Assembly: GCA_036785375.1 (NCBI GenBank)
Contig: JAWMAR010000053.1
Location: forward strand, 6,386,001-6,450,000
Direction of reading: 5' to 3'
Length of the DNA: 64,000 nt
Source of the DNA: Leucoraja ocellata
Lineage: Eukaryota
Both the position numbers and the translations under genes were made by a program. Positions 51,997-64,000 of the stretch are shown piece after piece. The stretch's first letter is position 1. Each line of letters opens with the position of its first letter. Below the pieces are notes generated by a model. It had not been told where the DNA came from. It worked only from the letters and a program-made list of their open reading frames with translations, and did not search any database.

Positions 51997-52478
51997 NNNN
52001 NNNNNNNNNNNNNNNNNNNNNNNNNNNNNNNNNNNNNNNNNNNNNNNNNNNNNNNNNNNNNNNNNNNNNNNNNNNNNNNNNNNNNNNNNNNNNNNNNNNN
52101 NNNNNNNNNNNNNNNNNNNNNNNNNNNNNNNNNNNNNNNNNNNNNNNNNNNNNNNNNNNNNNNNNNNNNNNNNNNNNNNNNNNNNNNNNNNNNNNNNNNN
52201 NNNNNNNNNNNNNNNNNNNAGACACCCACCCACACACACATAAACACACGCACACACACCCACCCACAACGAATAAAACACAGTACCANNNNNNNNNNNN
52301 NNNNNNNNNNNNNNNNNNNNNNNNNNNNNNNNNNNNNNNNNNNNNNNNNNNNNNNNNNNNNNNNNNNNNNNNNNNNNNNNNNNNNNNNNNNNNNNNNNNN
52401 NNNNNNNNNNNNNNNNNNNNNNNNNNNNNNNNNNNNNNNNNNNNNNNNNNNNNNNNNNNNNNNNNNNNNNNNNNNNNN
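51997..52478. other. Two N blocks (223 and 190 nt) in CA-rich low-complexity sequence
   Basis: N at 51997-52219 and 52289-52478 flanking an (AC)-rich island; similar 147-N block at 57876-58022 in TA/CA-rich DNA. Confidence 0.9.
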
Positions 52479-55400
52479 TACCTGTGAATATTCTGAGAAA
52501 ATGTCCCAAACAGATACACACAAATAGATACACATAAACACATTGACGTAAGAAAATAATGGACCTCCATTCACAATAACTATTAATACAACAGTAATTT
52601 TAATGCGCGCTTTTGAGGAGAAACTTCAAACACCTTTGACCGTACGTTACATCCACATTAAAAAAAACATCTTGCGTGCCATAATTATATTAAGGAATCA
52701 TGTATAAACGTGGAAAATACAATGCATTCAATATTTTAAGACTGGGAAGTAACACAGCTGAATTCTACATAATATTTAACAACTGTAAGTGAATGCGTTT
52801 CTAGAACTGGAAGGAAAAACTACATTAACATTTAACATTTAATTACAATGAAATGAACGTCTAATCAGCAACAAATGGGGTCAAAACGGGACTGTTTTGT
52901 CTTTTTCAAGAATTGGCCAAAAATAAAGTGTTTAATTACAAAAATATTGACTGTAATCAATTACAGAGACTATCCTCTGGCAGGACCGCAATAAGTTAAA
53001 AATAATACTCGATCTCTTGTACTTAATAAAATGTGAAATACTGTTATACCAAGTTCTTCGAAATTCACAAATTGTTTTCCTTGAACGACAATAACCTTAA
53101 TTGAGAAATAATTTATACAGGCTGCTGCAATAACTTTACCCCGCAATATATTTGTGAAAGGCATAAATCACGGAAGACTGCAGCCTGACGATAAGCTAGA
53201 GACAACAAATTATTGTGATTTACGATCTAAGTTTGCTTGTGACAGTTTGAAAAGTTCCCTGGGTTTCTGTGCCTTTTTATTTCGTTTTCATTTTACCTAA
53301 AACTGCCGAATCAGCTAAAATACAGCCACAAGACAAATCTGAGACTGCTCTGGTTTGCCCGATCTGACCTTTCTCAAATGGTGCACTTTCGTGAAACAGC
53401 AAATATGTTCCTTAAAATCGACTTTCCTTGCTACAAAATCATTTTTCTGATCTACGACTGAAATGGAAGCAATGCACGTTTGTATCAGAATTTCATACAA
53501 TTTGGAAATAACTATATGCCCTTCTGATGCCGGGATTATGCAAACTTACTGCTAAAGGTTGCATTTTATCAAACGATTGCTTACCTGTGTGTCAATTTAT
53601 CATATATCTGTGCTTCCCAAACATAATCTGTTACCCTGCAGCTGCGAATAATATCCTCTGCCGTTTGTCTGCAGACAATGCTGTCTTAAACTAGATCTTG
53701 CAGCTTTACAGACATTTCGATACGAAAAGCAGACTGTATTCCCGATAGAAATGGCTTCAGTCTCAGAAACAACTACCAATAAAAACGGCGTACAGAGGTG
53801 TTTTTGCTTTAAATCTAAATCGAGATTTCATAATCGAGCAATCAACGAGAAAGTGGTCTTTACAAACCGGTATGTATTCCTTTTAAAATGTTGCTTTTAT
53901 GAATTTTATAGTACAACGGATACCTTTTATAATCAGAAAATATAGGCGCTGCCTTAAAATACAGGCATGTTTGTTCACGTGATCTGTGTTACCAGATTGT
54001 TCTGATTGAGCCAGTAACTTAAGCCAGCGTTACCTCACCAGCATCTCTTTAATATGGATAGTTAGGAGCTTTGAGTCACTTCTTCCATGAACACTAATGG
54101 GAAGTTAAATGAAAAAATGATATTCTGACCCTTACTTGAAAAAGGATAGTATAGTTAGACTTCACTGGCATCGTTTTTCCGAGCACGTTTACCAAAATGA
54201 ACAATAGATTTGTGTGTTATTGCTATTTCGCCGTCTCGGGGGCTATATATTGTACATCATTATTCCTTCTCGGTGCATTTAGCTAATTATTGCATGGCTT
54301 TCTTCAACTATAAAAAGAAGGATTTTTTTTGTCGGATCAGATTTCGTAAATAAATGTAATCGGGGCATTGACATAAATGACTTGTCTCAGTGTGAAATAT
54401 TTCAGATTTTTTAAAGCGCTATTTACAAATTGATCTCAAGACATAAGCATGGAATGATAAATTCAGCAATGGCGGCAAAATAAGCTAACGTTTGGACAAG
54501 TATTGTGAAGTGTTCACAACAGTCCGGGGAAGCAATAGGGATTTCCTATTTGTCCGGGACAGGCAATGAAGCGGTTAAGAAGATACTTACAAATATAAAG
54601 CTACGAATAGATAAGATTTTCTCGTTCATTCTCAGCTACTTTCTTTCCGGGGAGGACAAATTAATCATCGTTCTGAACTAGAGATTTATATGGTTGAAAT
54701 TGATGGCGGTAGAACAAGAACTAATGCGGGGAATTTTCCCTTTCTCTTTCAGGCGAGGCATTTTAAACCACAGGAGCCGGTGGGAACTGAGCGCTGGAAA
54801 TGATTCATTCAGCTTCTGATCTTATTTTGTATTTTCCCTCCTGCAATTGTTTTGTTGAATGATAATGTTTTTAGTTCTGCAATATTAATTTTCAGTTGCA
54901 TTTTGTCGAACTGCTTAATATTTCTGTTAAATGCTATGCGAAACTATTTTAACCTCTAAAACATTTGTCTGTAATGTAATCGCAATAAAAAACATTTCTA
55001 TTGACAGTAATGCATGACCTTATTGCACCTTGCGCTGGCTTAACGCAACATTTATCTAAATTACTTTACCCTCGGTGGCTCTATATGGTCGTTATAGAAA
55101 TATTGCTTAGCAATTACGGCATTATAAATTATTTAAAAGGGAAATAAAACGGTTACATCTCACTGTTTAGCTAAAGAATCACTTTCCTCCACCAAAACTG
55201 TGCTGAGCAAGTTCCATTCTTTATCTTCTGACCACCGTTCATAAAATGAAGACTATGCTATGTGAATTTGTAAAGAGAATTAAACCTTAATACCGTTAAA
55301 AAAACACTTGGGTCTTGGGAAATAGCTCCTGTTTTATTATGTTCGACCCCACAAATGTAAATAGACCATTTTATGCCTTCGCTGATAATTTTATGAGGAG

Positions 55401-58400
55401 ACTTAAGAGAAAAAAACAACTAAGTGCTAATGCTTGCCACTGTGAGAACTGGGCTTTACGAGGAATATAATCAAACGGGGGTTCGAAGACGTCTTCGATC
55501 ACAGCATATGTTCATAGAGCAATAAAATGGAGAGATTTACAATCTTCGCCTGGCCTCGGCAGCCTTGCGCCCTTTCACGAATTACGACTGGTGATTTATA
55601 ACAGGGTTGGAAGTTGTTGACCCTCCACACCATAATACTTTATTTCGATTTAATGAAAAAGTTGTAATTAAACCGTTTTCATTGATTCTTGTCTGCCTGG
55701 TTCTTTGCTGGATCAGAATTTAAGGGCAGGGAATACTGAGTTGTAGTGAGTTTAAAAAAAAACACCAACTTGGCTTCACAACCGCAGATTTGTCATCGGC
55801 GAATAACTGAATTAATAGGTTATTGTTTTAATGCATAATTTATTTAAAAAGGAAACGAACGTCGACTTTACACACGTGACGACAGCACAAATTCAATTTC
55901 CAGAAGTGCGATATGACAAAACGAACGGAAGCAATAAATGCGGCGGTTCATATTGTAAAATATCTCCAATCAATTTAATAAAATCCTTTTTCAAAGACAT
56001 CTGTATTTGCCACGGCAATTTATACAGTTTAATTACACCTTTAGAGCGGGGTGGAGGAACGGCGCTGTCAAAGCATGCCACTAAACCCAACAGTGTAATT
56101 TACAGTTATTGAAGAATATTTATTGGTATGTTGCGAGTACTTTCGCTGCTGATTATGGTGATACGGTTTGCAGATTCCTTTCCCTTTACTTCAGAGCAAG
56201 TTTAACATTTCTCCTCGGTGTTGTACCAGAAAATGTTTACTGATAATACACTTTTAATCTGCACCCTAATTATAAAATTATTGCATGTCACTGTGTGGAA
56301 AAGACAAGCTTGGAATAAAGAGCCCAGATCAGACTTGTACATTGCTGCATCGGATTATTTATAATATATGTAAAGCATACTTTAATGCAGTTCCACGCAC
56401 TCACAGAGATTCAGAAAATCAGAACTGTGTTAATTTATCACCTTATAAAATGCACCCATGTTTGTTCTTATTCAGGGTATCAATCACTCCCATTTATTCT
56501 TTAAATGAGTCTAGCGCACAAGTATAGTTTTGTGAATACTCCTTTAGTCCACTAGTCTAAGAAATAAATACTAATTAACTGCAAAAGCAAATCAGTAGGT
56601 TCAAAGGAAACATTTGTTTCATTTTTTAAAGCAACGCATCGACTAAAATATAAGGCACGAAATGGCCATGAATATATTTTCTGTTGACGTAAGTACCTGC
56701 AATTGTTCTCGCTGAATCTCATTTACAGTCTTCCATTACGTCTCAAAGAACACAAAATATATGACTCGTGGTATTCAATATCAGCTCAGGCCTCTACTCC
56801 GCTGTGTACAAATAGGCAGCAGATGCCATGACAGCCGGCATTGTTTGCAATAAAGCACAACTAAACCGTAAAATCTACGCCATTTCATGACACAAAACTA
56901 CGCCTTAATAATAATCCCACCGCAGCCTTACTAATGTTTACCTCCCACCTCCAAGATATAGCAGATGCATTTTTTTGCACCTGAAGTTTATCATAGTTGC
57001 TCCAAAATGTTAAACCTAATCCGAATAGAAGGTCAGTATATCAGCCTCCTGCAACTTATGACTGTCGCCTGGTAGCACATAGTAAGAAGCAAAGGGCGCT
57101 ATTCATCAAATATATATGACAGTTACATTCATTTGCTATCTTACCAGAAACAAAACTAAAATTGTTTACCTACCAAGCTTCCATTTTTCAGTTTCTGGCA
57201 ACGAACTACAACAGCAAAGTCTGATAGCGGACCATTTGTATATAATATTCTTGGGATCTGTTCACTTTTCAAGTGTGATAGAGTCCTTTGCTTGGCCGAT
57301 TAATGACGACGCCGTGTTTCTTTCGGGACGTGCTGCATTAATTATTTAGTAAATCACGTGGCCGAATCAAATATAAAAGGGATACATAAAATCTTACCAC
57401 CTCTCACGGACATAAGCACAAAATGCAAAAGTCTTTATCATCTGAGCAACATCAGATTGGGAAACCTATTTTATCATTCTAAAGGGAAAGACCAACAAAT
57501 ATGGCTGTTTAGAAGCGATGGGCTGCATCAGCTTTGTCCCACTTTGAATGACCAGCCTATGGCATGGTCGAATTGACTCTTTGCCTTCCTTTCAGCTGTT
57601 TCTTGTTCCAGACTAGAATCGAAGCAACCGGCGGAGTACTTATAACAATAAAAAGACATTGGACATTCCCTGTTTTTTGGTTTGTTAAAGGTTTGTCCAA
57701 TTAAACTACATTTTAAGATGTTTGCCTATTTGAGGAAGTAAACTAATCAAAGGTGGTGGAGTTTATCCATGCATTTAGCTCTTTGATGCCCATAAACACA
57801 CATATATACTATATATATATATATATGAATGCATTAAACACACCTACAGGTTATCACATAGCCACACATATATAGNNNNNNNNNNNNNNNNNNNNNNNNN
57901 NNNNNNNNNNNNNNNNNNNNNNNNNNNNNNNNNNNNNNNNNNNNNNNNNNNNNNNNNNNNNNNNNNNNNNNNNNNNNNNNNNNNNNNNNNNNNNNNNNNN
58001 NNNNNNNNNNNNNNNNNNNNNNTGTTCACGTGTACTTACATATGTACATGTATGACTGCGTATAAAAATATTTTACTGCACAGAAATATACATACATACA
58101 AACACAAGCCTTTATATAGGTTAAAATGTGGTTATGGGAGCTGTGCAGTGCAGTCATTGATATAAATATGTTATTTGATTGATTGTGATTGATATCACAT
58201 CTGACGTTATGAATTTTGAATGATACAACAGTTCAGAAATCATAATGTTGTTGACTTTTATGTTCTATATGTCTTACGTTTGAGTACCAGGTATTTATCT
58301 GACAAATGGTACAGTGAAAGAAGCTGAAATAATTAAGTCTTTGAATTTAACTCTTTTGAATTATAAATTGTAGCCAGTGCATGCACTAATATGCATGGCT

Positions 58401-59564
58401 GGATGGGTTAAATATCGACAAATTACATACTTAAATGAAGGTGAGACATTATCAATTGACCTTGGTGCTGACTCCAGTTAAAAGTGAGCTACTTTTCAAG
58501 GGGTTAGGTGTTGCACGAAAGTGTAAGGATATGCTGCTTAGGGCTACACTTAACAAATATACTTAAGCATTATAGATGGTATAAAGGAAAATACCATTTA
58601 TACAACTGATTAATTACTGCTCATTTTGGGTTGCTCGCATTCATTGGATCTCAGTGTCAGTGACCAGGCTGCTTTACGAAAATATTTTTAATTTCATTTT
58701 ACCTGGCTGGACCTATTGTGTTCAATTTTCATGGAGGGAGATGGGGTTTTTTTTGGGTGGGGGAGGGGAATAAGTTAAGGTTTTTGGAGCGAGTTGATTA
58801 TGTGATATATATTAGCATTAACACGGATCAGTCCGAAGCACCAGCACAATAGGATGTGTGTCCACTCCGTGTCAAAAACGTGTCTTCTGTAATTAAAAAT
58901 TGAATAATGACGAAATTATGCGGACTTTTATCCATTATGGGGATGCGATTGTGTTTGAGAGTAGAATTATTTGCAATGCGTGACTCTCGTTTCATTCTGG
59001 GTTTTTTGTGTTTGTTTTTCTCCTATGTATTTTGTCATAGGTTTTAGGTAGTGTTAATAGACTGAATTGCTAAACTATGTTCGATGTAAATGTTATAACA
59101 CGATTCCGAGTATTTTGAGCAGGCAAGTGAATGCGCCGAGATGGCTTTTTTTTCTTCTTGCCATTCTGCACAGAAAGGACGTTCTGCTGATCTCAGATGC
59201 AATATATGCGAAATATATGGACTGATTTCTGAACACTCGCTTTATTCTTGAAGGAAAGAAAACGTGCAAGAACGCCGTGTTGAATCAAGCGAAAATTGAA
59301 ACCAAATGAATCAGCTTGTTCTAAAATCCTCGTCAGGGATAATGTGGAATCAAAAGCTAAAATATCAGTTTTGTAAAGGTCTGAAGCCCAAAGGAAAGTG
59401 GAATTTGGTGGAACCGGGCATCAAGGGCAACCCGCACTTCCATTGAATGGATGCACACTTTACCAGTTGTAGAAATTGGAATAGTTCATACGTGAGAACT
59501 TATTTCACTTTGCTTTAACTAGATCGTGTCTGTGTTAAAACTGATAGAAAAGGCAAAGGGTAGG

Positions 59565-59660
59565 GTTGAGTCCAAAAGGTCAAGGGTTTAGAGGTCAGTC
59601 CTCCAGGCTGAAATACAGCTAATCGAATAGAAAATTTGTCCTCTTGCTGAACCTGTTTCT
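59565..59660 (-). promoter_or_regulatory. HoxD4 3' neural enhancer core with DR5 RARE
   Basis: GGTTCA GCAAG AGGACA at 59637-59653 followed by AATTTTCTATTCGATTAGCTGTATTTCAGCC...GACTGACCTCTAAACCC, matching the Hox4 3' RARE block as I recall it; 2.4 kb 3' of the HoxD4 stop. Confidence 0.85.
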
Positions 59661-62076
59661 ACAGTTTAGCCGAACTTCAGTAAAATACCTTTTCAGCCTC
59701 TCAACATGAAGGCGTCAGAAAAGGACATCTTTGCTACGCGTGAACCGTAGGATTTTGAAATGGAAACAATGATTCAAATGGAATAGAGAATATCACTCAT
59801 TTATAATATCAAGACGTAGATATATTATAGTAATGTCATGTGCAAGTCTGAGAACTACACGGCTTACCCTATAAAGAACAAAAGAATCAAGGAATTCGCC
59901 TTTTCAAACAGACCATGTCCAGCAAAGCCAGCTGCAAGCTTGCAGGGCAGGGAAGGGACAGGAAAACAGCGGCATCGCCAACTTTCTTTTGTTGTTGAAT
60001 GCTACAAAATCTGATTGAAGAAGAAATTCTGAGCAAATAATTTTTCTTGCTTTTGCATCTTGGCGGATATTTGGTTACTTATTAAAATTGCGGCGTGGTT
60101 GCGATGGATGGCTTGCTGAGCGCTCTTTTGGCTTGTGTCTCCTTTTGGAAGAGGAGATAGCACAATAACACGAACCCTATCGGACTTTATCCCTTTGTAT
60201 ACATTTCTACCAGGAGCTTCAGAAATATGAGGCAATATAGCGGAAACTCTAAATCTTTTAATATAATCCCAACGTTTCAGGTAAAATACATGAAATAACC
60301 TAAATTTAATTCACCTATTTTGACCGCAATTGAAAACAAAATATGAGGAAATATCATTCAATTGTACTCACAGGTCCCCTATCTTTACTTTCAAGCCTAT
60401 CACAAATCACAACTAACTACCCTTTTATGTGGAATGGTCATCCAACGATTCCATGGTTCCTCAAACACGTACATTAAATATTCCTGGAAACTCTAGGTTT
60501 AATTGATCCACTCTTTTAGTTCTAGGGTTGCAGCGTAGTCGAAGCAGCAAGTAGAAACATTAAAACATCTAGTGAGCATTTCCTGCGTAAAGCAGCGGTG
60601 ACTTTATTCTGTTTAAAACATCTGGGAATCATGCTATGAATGGCTGTTTTAAGGCATTACATAAAGGAACTAAGTGCGAAATCTCGATTACATCCCAGCG
60701 TGCCACTGATTGATATCGTGCGAATGTTGGCACGGGACACGGAATCTTATATTTCAGGAAGTTAAAACTCGTTTCATAACATTCGCTTCCGTCTAACAAG
60801 CAGAAACAAGAATCTCCAGCCACTTGTGTTTAGGTGTAAATTCCCCAATTGAGGAGGTTCTCGGCTATTGTATTTGCCCCACTAAATCAAGCACCCATGT
60901 GCCTCTGCAGATTAATAGATTGGGAAAACGAACCGGGATCTTTACAAAACAAAATATCCTCTGTGCAGCCCGTTTGCTGGTTCTAAACTGTGTACCTTGT
61001 AGTATTGTTGTTCGCTCATCCGTCCTGGAAAAAAATCGAAAGGAAACACATTCCCACTTGTAATACTAAACGTTCACAGATTGGTGTAACCAGCTTACTC
61101 ATTTATCAAGCAACAAACCGAGAAACAGAGTTTAACAAACGCCTTGAACACAAAGTACTGCTGCAATATCCCACTTAGCACTTTTATCTATCAGAAATCT
61201 CGCACGGAGCAACTGTGTTGCTGCTGTGGGTATTTGATATTGATCACAGTTATTTTGGCACTTTGCTTTCTTACTGAAAAAGGGTGTGCAGTGCCTCTTT
61301 TCGTGCCATTTATTCACGACAGCGTCGCAACGCCGGCTGTAGTGGTGTACAAGAACACAAACAGATACCAAAAAGGAAAACGAATCACGCGATTCATCTT
61401 GTTACTACTAATTTATTTTCGAACTTTAGTAGTGCGGACGAATTTTGGTATCATTCTTGAACATAAAAATGTATGCAATCTTGCATTGTAACAATAATCC
61501 ATTCAGCAGCACAATACAAATACCATTTTCATATTTTAAATAAGGAAACCACAAAACACTGTCTAATTCCTGATCACTATAAATCTCCAATATCAACACA
61601 ATATACACAAAGAGATGGGGTCGCAAAAATACACATTACGAGCAAAATAGCCGTGGGAATAAGAAATTGCCACATCAAATCGCTGTGCCTTCATTATAAA
61701 ATAAAAAAGACCATGAACAAGCGTCGCAGCCTTTCAATTTCATGCTAGCAGACTATACATGTACCTTCCTGGACCGTATACCTCATCATGTCTCCATGAC
61801 CTAGTACCTTGCACTTACTGAGGTTACTAAGATGTGTTGTATGGCAAGAACAACTACTTACTAGAGTCGCAGCCGTTTCTATTGGAGCTCAGATAACATT
61901 ACCCTTTTTGTCTCATTCCCTAGATTTAAGAACAAGGTGACTGTATATGATAAGGTCGCTTCAATGCCCGAAAAATAGCACCAAGAAAGCACCTACAAGC
62001 CATGTTATCGGTACATGCAATTTCTGCTTGGAAATGTCTCATTATATACACAGAGAACCACTTATGAGGTGTTGTT

Positions 62077-62387
62077 CTATAAACTTGTGAGGTCTGTTTG
62101 TTGGTCCTTGGAAACAGTTTGTGACTGTTGACTGGAAGCAGAAGAAGAATTGGACGATCTGGTCTTAGTGTTCGGCAATTTGTGATCCTTTTTCCACTTC
62201 ATTCTTCGGTTTTGAAACCAAATTTTGATCTGGCGTTCGGAAAGACACAACGTGTGGGCTATTTCAATACGACGTCGTCTTGTCAGATACCTGTTAAAAT
62301 GGAACTCCTTCTCCAGTTCTAAGACCTGCTGCCTTGTGTAGGCAGTTCGTGAGCGTTTGGGTTCCCCTCCAGTGTAATTAGGATTCA
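62077..62387 (-). CDS. hoxd4: Homeobox protein Hox-D4, exon 2
   Basis: Acceptor tttttcag| at 62388; [75 protein letters not shown]; ends DLTSL*. Confidence 0.97.
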
Positions 62388-62637
62388 CTGAAAAACAAAA
62401 CAATTCAAAAAAAAGGCATTCAAATCTGCAAATAAACTTTGTCAGCCGCCTCCATTCCGCAGACCTCACGCACATTGCACCCCTCCCGCGCTGGCTCGGT
62501 TAAAAAAGTCCAGATATCTATTATTGTCAAGGATCACCTTAAAGTTGTTGGTGAAACGGAGATGTAACATGTCCCTGTTACTCCTAGGCTCGAGTTTTCA
62601 CATGCACCCAGCCACATGGCCAGCGGCCTATTTCCTC

Positions 62638-62670
62638 AGCAATAAAAATTTATGATGGGTGTAATTGCCG
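62638..62670 (-). promoter_or_regulatory. HB1-type homeodomain/Cdx binding element in Hox4 intron
   Basis: CAATTACACCCATCATAAATTTTTATTG on - strand, the conserved Hox4 intronic motif. Confidence 0.75.
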
Positions 62671-62836
62671 GTGTTTTTAAAAACCGCTCATAAATCCTCC
62701 TTTGAAGGAGTTATTTACGATAGATCGATACCAATGGTTCACAAATATTTGCTAGGGTGGCGATGGCGGAGGGGGTGGGGGTGGTGAGGAGGGTGGGGAG
62801 GGGGGGGAGGGCGGGGGACTAAAAAGTGGACCTTAC

Positions 62837-63248
62837 CCGTGTTAACGTGGATTTTCTTCATCCAAGGATAAACCACCGCTGGCTGTTTGGTTGCTGTGCC
62901 GTTTTGATTCTTTGTATTGTGTTGCTGCTGGTTGCAAGGCCGGGCTATGGACACTTGGAGCGGTGCAACGGGCTCCCCCTGGGCTGAGAGGTGGTTCTGA
63001 GGAGCGGGCTGTGCCTGCACATGACCCCTCTGCTGCACCGGAGAGCCCCGAGCGTTGCTGCAGCTGTACGACTGGCCGCTGTAGTTTGACCGTGGATAGA
63101 CTCCTTGGTGCTGAAAATCAATGTCCTGCGGCTGGCTGTAATACTCTGAGCAGTGGTCAGGTATGTAGTTATTTTGCGAGTATTCCTCGCAAGGAGGAAA
63201 TTTGGGATCCACATATTTAGAATTCACCAAAAACGAACTCATGGTCAT
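62837..63248 (-). CDS. hoxd4: Homeobox protein Hox-D4, exon 1
   Basis: [26 protein letters not shown]; [16 protein letters not shown]; donor G|GTAAGG; spliced CDS 723 nt = 240 aa. Confidence 0.97.
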
Positions 63249-63375
63249 TAATTTCTGAAGGTGGAAAATACTAATTTTTCTCGAGTTGTCTTTTTTCCCG
63301 TTCCATAAAGCCCTCCTACTTGCTGTCAACTGAATAAAGTTAGTCACCCATGTGACTATACGAGCCAATGACGGG
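63249..63375 (-). promoter_or_regulatory. Conserved Hox4 5' leader / proximal promoter
   Basis: CAGAAATTAATG start context, AGTAGGAGGGCTTTATGG, GTCACATGG and CCAAT box at about 63364-63368. Confidence 0.65.
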
Positions 63376-64000
63376 GCTAGGCCCGATTCCCGGATAAGGA
63401 AACAGCTAATGACAAATTTTACAAACTTCGTCCACAAAATCTTGATTTGAAAAATAAAATAAATTCCGCACCCTCCTTATTGTTTTTGCAGCAACCACTG
63501 AGCATTCGAGATAGTTTCCGGAAAATGCATAGAATAGCGGTTCCCATTAGGAGCGAATAATGATCATTCACTGAGCGCTCGAATATTGCTCAGGTAATTT
63601 GCTCTTTTGTTCAAAGAGAATTTTCGACCATTCCTTGTCGCTTTTCATATAAATCAAGGATAGAACAGGTATTCGGCGTGCACGCATTTCTTCTTGTTGT
63701 TTTCGCCCGAGAGCAGCATAACAATAGCGAGGGCACTTGAAGAAACGGCAGGCAACCCAACGTACGCAGGATGACAAAGGATACATCCAGTTTGCCAAAT
63801 AAGATGAATAACGGAGCTGAGGGGAATAATTACAGCCATTACGGATGCACGACGGTTTTTCTGGTCAAAGTTGTTCAAAGTCAAACACGGTCTACTCCCG
63901 ATAAAGTCAGAACAAGGCATTCAGTATCACGTAGAGCACTTTACACGTGTTGCTTAAAGACATTGTAAGGTCAAAACACTTCGCTCTGAAAGTTCAATGA

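Noticed and set aside
34376-58029. ORFs full of X at 34.4-34.9, 51.9-52.6 and 57.8-58.0 kb
   Set aside because: Artefacts of translating N runs
63300-64000. miR-10b expected upstream of HoxD4
   Set aside because: No match to the miR-10 mature sequence (cacaaattcggttctacagggta on +) seen; probably lies beyond the window

Overview
Vertebrate genomic DNA, very probably a cartilaginous fish (skate/ray-like; inferred from an intact HoxD2 and the V-SINE/CR1/Penelope repeat content). The window has two very different halves joined by an exactly 200-N gap (34645-34844). Left (1-34644): the last coding exon of metaxin-2 (Mtx2, + strand), then a gene-free, transposon-dense tract (CR1, L1, Rex1-like LINEs, Penelope-like elements, V-SINEs, a MITE, a young GC-rich retroposon) with a few repeat-free islands that look like conserved non-coding elements. 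Right (34845-64000): the nearly repeat-free anterior end of a HoxD cluster on the - strand with intact two-exon HoxD2, HoxD3 and HoxD4, plus recognisable cis-elements (two DR5 RAREs, Hox4 intron HB1 element, a Krox20/BoxA-like block upstream of HoxD2). Main oddity: HoxD1 is absent and Mtx2 points tail-to-tail at the cluster, opposite to the human/mouse arrangement, which suggests an inversion or a mis-oriented contig breaking at the gap. No prokaryote-type systems (CRISPR etc.) are present. Repeat boundaries are approximate unless a TSD is quoted, and family names come from recognition by eye, not database searches.
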